Made by a program: the position numbers and the translations under genes. Below, piece by piece: positions 49,415 to 61,136 of a stretch of DNA of 64,000 nt (position 1 is the stretch's first letter; each line of letters starts with the position of its first letter). Source of the stretch: Tubulanus polymorphus (Eukaryota > Animalia > Nemertea). The notes below the pieces were generated by a model that saw nothing but the letters and a program-made list of their open reading frames with translations, did no database searches and was not told where the DNA came from. Location: the NCBI RefSeq assembly GCF_964204645.1, contig NC_134035.1, forward strand, positions 6,967,101-7,031,100, given 5' to 3'.

Positions 49415-52400
49415 TACCGCTGTATATACCCCCCGCAAGACGTAGGAAAAATCGGATGAATACGGCAAATGGTCTAACGTGCGATGCAAGTAGAGATGCA
49501 CCTATTGATGGTTACCATCATACTAGCCCCACCACCGTGAGACCATCAAACCATATTCAAATGATATCGAGACCATCAAACCATATTCAAACGACACCTC
49601 AAGATGGATATGTGGTTGCTGGCCCGGCATGTGATTCTAGTGGAGATACACCTACTGATGGTCCGCATCCTACTAGAACCATCACTGTTAGACCACCACA
49701 ACATACCCAAAGTATAGAAGAAAATCGACGTGACCCTTCGGAGAACAGTGAGGCTCCCAGTCCGGCTACGGAAAACACTTGTCACAAGTTGCGCGACACC
49801 AAGGTTCAAACAACAGGGACAGAACCAGCCCAGACGAGCTTAGTTACAAACATCGGAACAGTGAGGTTCCACGCCTCGGGCCTTTTCTGTGATGCCGTAG
49901 TAAATGACCATTCGAAAGCGGTGGTACTCCTGGACACTGGTGCCTCCTGCACAATCATTAGAGGTTCGGTATGGGACTCTAGCAGCCCGACTGGTGAAGC
50001 CGCTGCACTGAGGCCAATCGAAGGAATCGTGACAACGGCTACCGGTCAGCCAATGGAGTTACGTGGATTAGCTGATGTATGTCTGAGAGTTGGAACTGAA
50101 GAATTTCATGTCCCCATGATCGTCAGTGAGGATTTGGCACAAGACTGCTTGCTTGGAAGTGATTTCTTCGAGAAATATGGCTGCAACATAGATTACCGTA
50201 ACAAAGTGCTCCGCTTCGGAAGCCTCAGCGAGGTGCCTGTCCGCCAGAGCCCCAAACGCGCGAGCGCTTGCAGGGTGTTCATCAGTAAGAGCCAAATCAT
50301 TCCAGCTGGATCCGAGGTGGTGGTAAATGGATACATGAAACGGAGTTATGCTCATAATAATTCGACCTCAGGGATGATCAGCAGCTGTGGACGGAATAAT
50401 TTTTGCACTGGGAAAACACTGGTGGTACCGGAGGCAAACCAGATACCGGTTCGGCTGGCTAACTTCTCGGATGAGGCTTGTAGAGTCGACAGGGGCCAGA
50501 CTATTGGTCTATTCTGCCCCCTACAGTCAGTTGACATCATGACTGTCGACGACCATGCTCAAAACCCGTCAACTCCAAAAATCCAGCTGCAGGGTGGTGA
50601 CAATACTGAATTCAAGGACCTCTTGAGAGAATTGAAAATCGACCAGCTTGAAATCCCCACTGACATGAAAACACAGCTTGTTGACATCATACGGGAGCTA
50701 AAGTCAGTATTCTCGATGGGAGACTTTGACATTGGTCGAACAGATTCGCTTGAATTCGAGATTGACACCGGTGACCACCCACCGATAAAACAACATCCCC
50801 GTCGGCTACCCCCCGGTAGGAGAGCTTTTGTTGAGGGGACGACCAAGGAGCTTTTAGAACACGACTTGATCCGGCCATCCACCAGCCCGTGGTCAAGCCC
50901 AATAGTTCTAGCGAAAAAGGCCGATGGTTCCCTGCGTCTATGCTGCGATTACCGCCGACTCAATGACGCAACAGTCAAAGACGCTCACCCATTAGGTCGA
51001 ATAGACAGTACCCTAGAGGCTTTATCGGGCGCAACCTGGTTCTCGTCCCTCGATTTAACTAGCGGATACTGGCAGGTCCCAATAAAGGAATCAGACAAAC
51101 ATAAGACCGCATTCACGACTGAAAACCATCTATTTGAGTGGAATGTCATGCCGTTTGGAGTCTGTAATGCCCCGGCGTCATTCAGCAGACTGATGGCAAT
51201 GGTACTGGATGATGTTGCATGGAAAACATGCCTTATCTACCTGGATGATGTAGTGGTGTTTAGTCATGATCTACCAACCCATCTGACGCGATTACAAGAG
51301 GTATTTCGTTGCTTTCAGAAAGCCGGTCTCAAGCTAAAACCGAGGAAGTGCTCGCTTTTCCAGCGGCGCCTCAAGTTTTTGGGGCATGTAGTAAGCGAGG
51401 CCGGTGTCGAAACCGACGGTGCCAAATGCGATAGAGTCAGGGATTGGCCGACCCCAACGTCAGTTACCGAACTGCGTAGTTTCCTTGGTCTTGTGACATA
51501 TTACTCGCAATTCATCAAGGATTTCGCCGACTTGACAGCCCCGCTACACCGCCTTACGAGGAATGAACCATTCGTCTGGACATTCAAGCAACAACTAGCG
51601 TTTGACGAACTGAAAGAAAAGCTGACCAGCTCCCCTATCCTGGCATTCCCAGATTTCTCGGAGGGTGCTGGAGAGTTCATTTTGGACTGTGACGCCTCTA
51701 ACTGGGCTATCGGAGGGGTGCTGTCACAACTACAACACGATGGTTCTGAGAGAGTGATCGAGTACAGTAGCCGCACGCTGAAAGGTGGAGAGGAGAACTA
51801 TTGTGCCACCAGGCGCGAAATGTTGGCCTTGGTTGACATGATTGATCACTTCCGCCACCATTTACTAGGCAGGAAATTCAAAGTTCGCACAGACCACGCA
51901 GCACTCAAGTGGCTACAAACCTTCAAAAACCCTGAGGGCCAAGTGGCTCAGTGGCTTGAACGCCTGTCGGAATATGATTTCGTGATCGAACATCGAGCTG
52001 GAAGCAAACATTTGAACGCAGACGCCCTGTCTCGCATCCCTAAGAAACAGAGGAAACATGGGGACTGCCCAACTTTTGGTGACACTGGTCCATCTATATA
52101 CCAGGTGACTGCAAAACATCAGGGCGATTTGACAGCGCACTCCACTGGCTTGTCCAGGAACAAAATAATCGAGGCGCAAGTAAATGACCCCGAAATATCA
52201 GAAATTAGGGAGTTCTTGGCCGGAGATGGGGTCAAGGACAAGAAACGGCTACAACGGTGTGGTAGAACAGCGAGGAGCCTCTATAGTCTGGTTGAGCGTC
52301 TAGAGCTTTTAGATGGCATTCTTGCGCTTAAACCACTTCCGGGGGCTACCTCAACGAGACACCGAGTGGTACTACCCATTTCACTGACTGATGGAACCAT

Positions 52401-52534
52401 AGGAGTCATGAGACGAGAAGATACACAATATCCGTGTAAGAAGATAACAAGAGAAATCCCACAATAAGTTCAGCCAAAACGAGAAACTTGAATAGAAGAG
52501 TTATATATATTTGCGCAACGTTTCGGCTAAAGAC

Positions 52535-53776
52535 ATTATTCCTGGTAACGATAGATTCATTTCGTTTGATGCTAGTTCTCTTTTTACCAATGTTCCTCTT
52601 AGGCCTACCCTTGATTTTCTTAAACGGAAACTTCCTTCGTTGGATTTCAATTTTGACATTCCTACTGATTGTATTATCGAATTAATTGAACTTTGCACCC
52701 AGAACTCCTTTTTTAGTTTCAACAATTCTTATTTCGAACAGGTTTTTGGCATGGCTATGGGGAACCCGCTTAGTCCCATTCTAGCAAATCTTTTCCTGGA
52801 ACACGTTGAAACCGAATTACTACCCCTTTACACAGATACTCTCCCTAAACTTTGGTTACGATACGTTGATGATATTCTTGCCCTTATACCTTTTGACTTT
52901 GATATTGATCAATTTCTCACATTTATTAACTCTTTTTATCCCTCCTTGAACTTCACATTTGAATTGGAAGTTGATGGGAAAATCCCTTTCCTTGATGTTT
53001 GTATACACAATTGTTTGTCTTGTCTAAAATTCTCGGTTTATAGGAAACCTACCCACTCTGGAACATACCTACATTATTTCTCCTTCACCGCTCATAACAT
53101 TAAACTTAGTGTTGCCCAAAGCTTATTCCTTCGCGCATTAAGGATTTGTGACCCCCTTTTCTTGGATGATGAACTAACCCAGATCAAGACCTCTCTTAAT
53201 AAATTAGCTTACCCCGACGACATTTTGAATAAAGCTCTCTTGAGAGCCCGTCGTTCACATTTCAGTCACTCTCAAGGGACCCGCGCGCGTAAACAGCCTA
53301 TTATTGTACCTTTTGTACCTTTTCTGGAAAAATCTAAAACTCCCCTCCATCTCTTAAACAAACAACTCATTTTTACTTATAACAACAAACTTAGTCGTAA
53401 TCTTACTCATAACTCCCCCAAAATTGAACCCCTGAACATTGGTGTATATAAAATTCCTTGTAAAGTTTGTAACAAAATATATATCGGCGAAACCGGACGC
53501 GATTTACACAAGCGCATTCGTGAACATAAGAATGATGTAAAGAATTTTAAGCCTGAAAGCGGTGTTGCTAATCACGTATACGAAACCAGCCACAATTTTG
53601 ATTTTGAAAATGCCTCCATAATTTTCCCCTGTTCAGAAAAGATTAAACGACACATTATGGAATCGGCCCTGATTATTGAAAACTTGAAAAATTGTGTTAA
53701 TTTGAATAACGGTTTTTCCCCCCACAACATTTTGATCTCCAAATTTCTCGCTTCTCTTGTACCCCCGTTATACTAA
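52535..53776 (+). CDS. Penelope RT + GIY-YIG endonuclease (N-truncated)
   Basis: SFDASSLFTNVP, GMAMGNPLSP, RYVDD, YRKPTH, GVYKIPC..C..IYIGETGR. Confidence 0.92.
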   Translation: MIPGNDRFISFDASSLFTNVPLRPTLDFLKRKLPSLDFNFDIPTDCIIELIELCTQNSFFSFNNSYFEQVFGMAMGNPLSPILANLFLEHVETELLPLYTDTLPKLWLRYVDDILALIPFDFDIDQFLTFINSFYPSLNFTFELEVDGKIPFLDVCIHNCLSCLKFSVYRKPTHSGTYLHYFSFTAHNIKLSVAQSLFLRALRICDPLFLDDELTQIKTSLNKLAYPDDILNKALLRARRSHFSHSQGTRARKQPIIVPFVPFLEKSKTPLHLLNKQLIFTYNNKLSRNLTHNSPKIEPLNIGVYKIPCKVCNKIYIGETGRDLHKRIREHKNDVKNFKPESGVANHVYETSHNFDFENASIIFPCSEKIKRHIMESALIIENLKNCVNLNNGFSPHNILISKFLASLVPPLY

Positions 53777-54097
53777 TTCCCTCCATTGTTTTGCCTTTAT
53801 CATACGTAGTTTGCTTGTTTCCACTCACTCACTGATTATCGCCTTTCATGTTCCTTCTCTTTGTTTTATTTGATTACCCCTTAGCTTGTCCTCCCGTTTT
53901 AATCACTTTAGCTTGTGTCTTTGTTTATTAATTACTTTAATCTACATTGCCCCTAGTTTGCCTTGCTTACTTTAGCATTGTTTTCTAGTTGTTATGTCAT
54001 TACTTTAATCTATTCCCCTTTCAATATTTTAATCACTCACTCTGCTTCTATTGTTTTGGTCTTGTATAAATATCTTGTAATATTCTCCTGTACTCAG

Positions 54098-54140
54098 TAC
54101 GCCTGATGATGGCTAATAGTCTTTAGCCGAAACGTTGCGC
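54098..54140 (+). ncRNA. Minimal hammerhead ribozyme in the Penelope pLTR
   Basis: CTGATGA (54103-54109), stem II GGCTA/TAGCC, GAAAC, palindromic ACGT stem III, short stem I CGC/GCG. Confidence 0.75.
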
Positions 54141-56052
54141 AAATATATATAACTCTTCTATTCAAGTTTCTCGTTTTGGCTGAACTTATTGTGGGATTTC
54201 TCTTGTCATAGGAGTCATACATCAGGGATTTCCCGGGAAACATCTCAGTACCAAAAAGACAGAGTGCAAAATTTAAGGAAAGATTCTGGGTATTAGGCCT
54301 CTCAGCTAGGGTCAGGGATTTTGTTCGGGGCTGCAAAACTTGCCAAGAGTGCAAGTCCCCGTCCAAACTACCAAAAGCCCCAATGATGTCTACACCGGTA
54401 GGGCGACGCTTCCAGCGTGTACATATAGACATCGTGGGCCCATTACCGAGAACCCGCCGCGGCAATGTCTACATTCTTGTGGCTCAAGATGCATTCACTA
54501 AGTGGCCCGAAGCATGGCCAATTCGCACGGAAAAGGCCTCCGTGGTGGCACGTGCCCTTGTGAACGAGTGGGTCACCCGTTACGGCTGCCCTGAATCCAT
54601 CCATTCGGTCAAAGGCACGAACTTCGAGTCGAAAGTTTTCATGGAGATGTGTAGGATCTTGGCTATTGAAAAGACCAGAACCACTGCCTACCATCCTATG
54701 GGCAATGGGCAGGTGGAAAATTTCAATAAGTCCCTGAAGGCCATGCTGACTACAGCCGTCAATGAGTGTGGAACAAACTGGGACGAGGAACTACCAGCGT
54801 GTTTGATGGCATTTCGTTCAAGCGTCCAGCACTCCACTCTTGAAACGCCGTTCTACTTGATGTACGCCGAGGAAATGTCACTACCAATCGACATCAGCGT
54901 AGGCTTGCCCGAGGACCACCAACCAAGGACTAAGTATGGCATGGACCTCTCTGACCGCCTCACTAAGTCACACAACATTGTTCGTGATCGACTAGTGATG
55001 GCACAAAGGCGTCAGAAAATGGACTATGACCGTTTCGCAAAACGCGGGGGTTACAAGGTCGGGGATCGCGTGTGGCTGATGGCCATTTCTTGAAGAAGGA
55101 CGAGGCATCTAAGTTCCACCGGAAATGGAAAGGGCCTTACGTCGTGACCGAGAGACTATCGGAGGTGAATTACAGGGTTGTCCTGGAACCAGGCGCCGAT
55201 CCGAGGGCGGTGAAGAGAAAGCGGGTTGTGCACTTCAATGATATGAAACCGTGCTTCCTGTCTAGTGAGACCGTGACCATAGGTAATAAAAAACCTAGAC
55301 AGGAACCGGTTAAAACGACCGATCCCGAGGAGCAACCAACCCTCAATGACGACGAGGGGGAGGAAGATGAAGACTGTGTCTGGACACGGTCACACCCCGA
55401 GACAACGGCAGTTATTCAAGAACCTCTTGTAACAAACCCTACCCAAAACCATCGCGAGCCTCCTACTCAAAACCGCTCCAAGCCTGGGCCTTTGAACATT
55501 ACAAACACTGAGGGGCACAGAAGACTCAGGCCCAGAGTAGGGATCAGGCGCCCTAGTCGGTTCGTAAACTCATGTACAGTCAATAACGATGATTCGCTAG
55601 CCAACCAAAATAGGGCCTCAGACCCTTTGGTGGATCCAAACACACTTATAGGACCTCCAGTCGCCTCGGACAAGATTGAGCAGAACAACATTTTTGATAT
55701 AGAACTGATCCAAAATTGCCAGAAATGTCGCGAAGTTCGGTCCCGGATTAACATGAGGAAAGGCTACTGGTTAGAAATGGGCCGGTACCTTAAATCAAAG
55801 GGTTAAATCCTATATATATATTTAGTACCCTTGTATATAACCCTGTATATATATTTACTTAGTTTTAGTAGACAGTTTATTATCATTTGTAACTGGTGGT
55901 GACTAGGATTTCAGACCCCTTGCACCTCCTGACGGTATGCTTGGGACCACCCACATTGCATGATTCGGGTGGTATCTGAATGAACGGAATCTCCGCCATT
56001 TAGTCTTGTCGTTGCAGCCAACTCATGTTTTGAACTATTTATCGTTTCTTGC

Positions 56053-56888
56053 ATGGACTGTATCGAGTTAGACCAGTTATCTAGCCTCCACGAGGCGACA
56101 CAGACCCTTAAACGGCAGGTCTCGAAAGAAGTCTGTTCCACCCTTCACAGACAGGACAAGACCCTCAGCGAATTGAGAGCCAAGATGGGCAGACTTTATA
56201 ACTCTGCCGTAGAACAGTCGTTTGTGGAGGATCCTGGTCGCATAGTAACCGGTGCGGTAGTAACCGGTCTCAAGACGACAAAGACCCGACGTTTTCGGCC
56301 GAAGATGAGCCCACAGCTGCATTTGAGTACATCAGCCAGGAACTAGTGAACGCCCTGGCCGAATGTGGTGGTGACTCCTCGTACATCTGGTCGAAACTTG
56401 GAGACTTGAAACAAAGGGCAGTTGAGGACTTACCAATCGTGTTGCTGGGAGACTCGATGTTTACGGGGCTAAAGGCCAGCGGCGGTTTGATTACAATTTG
56501 CCACCCTGGTAAACGACTCGGTGATTTGTTGGAGTACCTCCCACATGTATCCTTTAGGGCAAGAGCGATTGTGGTCACGCATGGTATGAACCATGCCGGC
56601 GATTATGGCAGGACGACAGAGGAGTTGGCGGAAGTTTTGGCGCTACTCAAGGGCAAGCACCCTTCTGTTCCCCTTTTCCACCTACAGACCCCTGTCCCTC
56701 CTTGCTGGCGTGGTGACCACAATCGGGTAAACAACATCAACCGGGTTAACGTCTTCGCCCTCCGTGCCGGGTTCCAACAGGCCGACCATCCAGATATCCC
56801 GGATTCTGATTTTGTGGGGATCCACTACAAAAAGTCGGCCATGCACTATGTCTGTCGGGAAATAATCCGTGTGGTAGATCGCGCCTGA
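56053..56888 (+). CDS. Extra Gypsy ORF3: possible coiled coil + SGNH/GDSL hydrolase; SGNH frame open 56201-56888
   Basis: IVLLGDSM (block I), HPG (II), VVTHGMN (III), DFVGIHY (V); lies between the pol stop and the PPT; joining to the 56053 ATG needs a frameshift or splice. Confidence 0.7.
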
Positions 56889-58009
56889 ATGTGTTTCCTT
56901 CGGTACCTAACGATGGTTCACCTGGAGTCGCTTATTCTTTGTAATGTTAGTGACAAAAAGCCATTCAGTCCAAATACTACCACACGTGACCCCCCAGATG
57001 TAGTACACCCCATTGCGAACAGTTTCTTTCCGTTTTCTTTTGATTGTATTTTTCAGCTTCCCAGGACGAGGAACAGTGGCAGAGGGGCAAGCCAAGTGCA
57101 GTGTCCATTGGCCGTATCTACCTTTTGATGGTATAGATATTTTTGGTTAGACACTACGCTTAGGTGCGCCCCGAAAACAAACCACAAACCATTAGTGGAG
57201 ATCGAAAGCTGCATGTATTATCATCACTGAGATGCAACCCTAATGCGAAACAACGACTACGCCATGTTAGATGTCTACTGTATCCAGAGCCGAGAAGTTT
57301 GGAGCTTAATATACTATAATAAGGACTATAATTTAATTTGTGTAGATATTTTGACTATATATTCCTGTTCAAATAGGAGTTTGAACAAGTTGAAGGGGGG
57401 TGGTGTGATGGAATATGTCCATCAGTCGTTTTCTATGTTGTAACTGGAGGGTGCTGCCCTCTCTCTCTCGAAAATACAGAACAATAGGTGATTGTGTTAA
57501 TATCTTTTGTCCGCCTTTTTACTGGTTTTTGGGCTCTCAGAGTCGATATTTGGAGGAAACTTCTACTGTGGAACAGGCAGAATAGGACCTCGTTACAGCT
57601 TTATCGGGAAAACTTATGAGATCATAAATTAAGATGAGAAGCAGCACTTAATTCGTCGGGAATTTAGCCCGGAGGATCCATATTACTTATATAGGTAAAG
57701 TTAAGCGGTTGCGAAGCCGGTCGTTGTAGAATACGTTCCTTAATTTCTTTGATATGCAAGTCGGTATTGTCTCTTGTGAATTACAATTCGATCGATTGGG
57801 TTGAAATGAGGCCTACGTAGTATGTGCTCGATCCTCCTCGGCTTAACAATACAGTCATAGCCTAAGAGTGACAGCACAGTGCACACGAAACAGCATAGCA
57901 GTGAAGTAGGCCTACACTATACAGCAGTATATACACTGCTTATCTCGCTTGTTAAGACATCCCCCCTCAGCAGGGATTCGAACCTAATGGCATGGCATCT
58001 ACAATGGCA

Positions 58010-59069
58010 TGCTCTCAACGCCGAAACTCTGAACTCGTTGCGTTGCAAATATGCGAATCTTAAGTTGATAATAATTGATGAAATTAGTATGGTAGGCCAT
58101 AGACTGCTTCTATTGGTACACAAACGTCTACACTATAACTGGTCTTTCACAGCCATTCGGTGGTATATCTATATTATGTGTAGGAGATCTATTTCAGTTA
58201 AAACCTGTGATGGATTGCTTCATGTTTGAAGATATCCCAAATGCATACGGGCCACTAGCTACTAATCTGTGGAAAGATAATTTCCACCTCTTTGAACTGA
58301 CTGAAATAGTACGACAAAAGGAAAATGCAGTGTTTGTACAGCTTTTGAATAGATTACGCACAAGTAGCCACACTGATGATGACTTAGCACTATTAAAAAC
58401 AGAACATTAGTGAATCATCTTCTGCTCATGTTCATCACCAATGCTAACGTAGACCAGCACGACATGTTAGTTCATGAAAATTGTATGTCGCCTAAGTTTA
58501 CAATAACTGCTCGTGATCATGTGATTGCAAATGTCTCCAACGATTCGGCATCAAATATTCTTCACCAAATCCCAGACGATGTAAAAAGAACAATGCAGTT
58601 GGAAAATAATTTGAAATTAGCCATAGGCCTGTATTATGAAATTACAGCTAATTTGGACACTGATGATGGTCTAACCAATGGTACGATTACCAATGGTAAT
58701 GGGGGTGTTTTGAAATTGATTAATTTATCAACTAATTCAAACCAAAATATGGCTGTAGGGATTGTCTGGTTACATCTTCCCCCTGGAATCGGCCAAGAAT
58801 TGCGAAATTCTATTAGACATCTATATACCGCAAGGATATCTAAAGACTGGACACCAATTGCACCAGTTAAAAGACAGTTTCAAGTTGGAAGAAGCAAAAG
58901 TGCTAGAGTTGAGAGAATTCAGTTTCCACTTCGACCAGCAGCAGCTAAAACTGTTCACCGAGCTCAAGGTTGTACTGTAGATGAAGTTGTCATTAACTTA
59001 TCTGGAAGTGTAGATACCTATATATACTATGTTGCACTAAGTCGAGGAAAACTTAGGAAAAAGGTATAA
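58010..59069 (+). pseudogene. PIF1-family (SF1) helicase fragment, Helitron/Helentron-like
   Basis: LIIIDEISMV, GDLFQLKPV, ELTEIVRQK, DGLTNG, QFPLRPAAAKTVHRAQG, YVALSR; intronless and frameshifted. Confidence 0.82.
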
Positions 59070-61136
59070 GCTCATCCGATTATAAAAAGCTTACCACCAA
59101 CGATTAGGTAACTAACTAGGTAGATGGTTGAAATAATTTTCGGCTTAAATTTATCGCGAGTTCTAGGACTTTCACGAATTTCACGAAACCATGATTTCTA
59201 AAATGAGTCAATTGATTAATTTTATTCGTAAATCAATTTACGTTGGCTACATTTCCTGAAGATTTCGGGGTCAAATCAACGTGATATGGATAGAAATTGT
59301 AGGAATTTTCACACGGAATTTTACTTCCGCGTTCAGTTGACGACTCGGATCGATGACAACGATAGCGGAGTTAATGTATTTTAAGGTGAGAATCCGTTAA
59401 CCAGGGAATGTATTAAATGATTTCTTTAATAATATAAGTATGGTAGCAAATGAGTAGGCCAACTCGGTGAAGCAATGATCATTGTTGGCTACTTACTTAA
59501 TGCCTAGCTTTTTTTGGGGATGAGCCTAGAATAGATTTAGGCCCTAAATATAATGGGTAGAGCCAGTCAGTGGAATGCCTTAATAGCAGCTAGTTATGGC
59601 CTGGTTTACACTGAATGTGCATGACAATTTATTTTGATTACTTTCTTAACAGCTATTATTCGTGGAATGAACTGGTCACTACGGCCTTCAATTCCTTTGC
59701 GGATTCTTGCAGGAATATTAAACCACAGTGCGCAAATGTAAATTAGGCTTTTTCGACATTGACAGCCAAAGACGTAACTTAACACGCTAACTGAAGCGCA
59801 ACTATCTCAGATGCTGTAAGTACTTGACGTTTTGCGTAATTTTTTTTGTAATGCAATATTTGGATTAGTAATCACTCGTGCTAACGTACATGCAGAATTG
59901 GATTCATTGTAATTATGGGATGATAATTCATGGGCGTCACGAGTCCTGCGACATACCCTTGATATGAAGCTTTTTAATGTTAATCATTGAATTGTTTTGG
60001 AGTAAACTGAATAGCCCTTAAAATACCAATGCCACGTGGCTTGGTGTCTATGCTCTACGAGACTGTTGTAATAGATTTTCACAACAAACTCATGATTTCA
60101 AATAGTCTCCTAAGATATCTATGTATTATTTCGCTCCTTACCTAAGTAATTCTTACATTTGATTGCTTAATTACAGATGGAAAGAGGTCAGATGGCATGA
60201 AAATCGACTGTGGCTGACTAATTGGCGCAAGTAACCAAAATGCTTCAATCATCAGGGGTAGACAAATTAGCCGAAGATGAATGAAAACTTCACCTTGATG
60301 ATCATCAGTTGATTTTGCTGTAATTATTTGCCTGGATATATTCTTCATTTCAAAATATGTCTTCAGTAGAATTTCTTTCAATAAAATATTTTGAAGATTG
60401 AATTTGAATTGATCTTAAAACCAGAGAAAGCATTCAGAAATTTAGAAAATCCTTGACTCATAATCAAATTCTGTGGAGTCAGTTAAGGTCTTTTTGGTCG
60501 AATCAAGCCGAGGGCTCAGGTGACTAAAACTCAATTCCTCACTGTCTTATAATGCCGAGTACGACGGAGTTTACCCACTGAAACACGTTGGGCTGTGTAA
60601 GTGTAATTTGGATAAGTCCACAATATAATGACCGCCCTGCCCCGCTGCATCTGAGACGTCAACAAGTTAGACTGTATTGCTTCGATGAAAAACTGACTCC
60701 TACGCAAGATGACCATCCAATTCAAATGTAAATTAAGAAAGAAAACAACAAAACTAGTTGCGTTGATCAACAAAAATAAATCAATAGTTTATTACAATAC
60801 TTCAATTTCAAAATAAGGATAGGAAAAAAGTGAACAATAAGTGTGTTTGCCATGCGTCTTTCAATATTTCCCAAGAATATATCTTTTTCTGGCCACCACC
60901 TGCCTCGACGTCAGACTTTTTCGAGATTTTCGCTAAAAATACGAAACAAGACAAAATTGATGGATGGGAATCATACATGCTACAATTCACTTTTACTGCG
61001 AACATTGGAATGAGCTAAAGCAATTTGCTAGGAGGAAAAATTGAGTCAAATGATGTTTCAAAATCTGGACGGGAAAAGTTTTACTGAATTGTATGGCTAA
61101 TGGCAAATACATGTTTATATTGATAAGGTAAATATA

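Larger units (their letters stand above)
52410..54206 (+). mobile_element. Penelope-like element, 5'-truncated, with inverted pseudo-LTR
   Basis: 12-bp TSD CATAGGAGTCAT (52398-52409, 54207-54218); 52447-52534 is the reverse complement of 54119-54206. Confidence 0.93.
49357..55806 (+). pseudogene. pol: Pol (PR-RT-RNaseH-IN), interrupted by Penelope and frameshifted in the integrase
   Basis: LLDTGAS, YLDD, LDCDAS, HHCC zinc motif after 54219, HIDIVGPL, KWKGPY; frameshifts near 54275 and 55080; SDQG reads SVKG. Confidence 0.92.
47849..57597 (+). mobile_element. Gypsy/Ty3 LTR retrotransposon, full length
   Basis: TG..CA LTRs 47849-48044 and 57404-57597; GCTT TSD; PBS TGGTGGCAGCG (tRNA-Leu-like) at 48047; PPT GAAGGGGGGTGG at 57392-57403. 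Confidence 0.96.

Noticed and set aside
52410-52534. ORF-track C-terminus of pol (MRREDTQ...) and N-terminus of the Penelope ORF (MRNVSAK)
   Set aside because: Both are read-through into the inverted pLTR, not genuine protein ends
59330-61020. Possible exons of a host gene
   Set aside because: Scattered splice-like signals, but no coherent frame or recognisable domain
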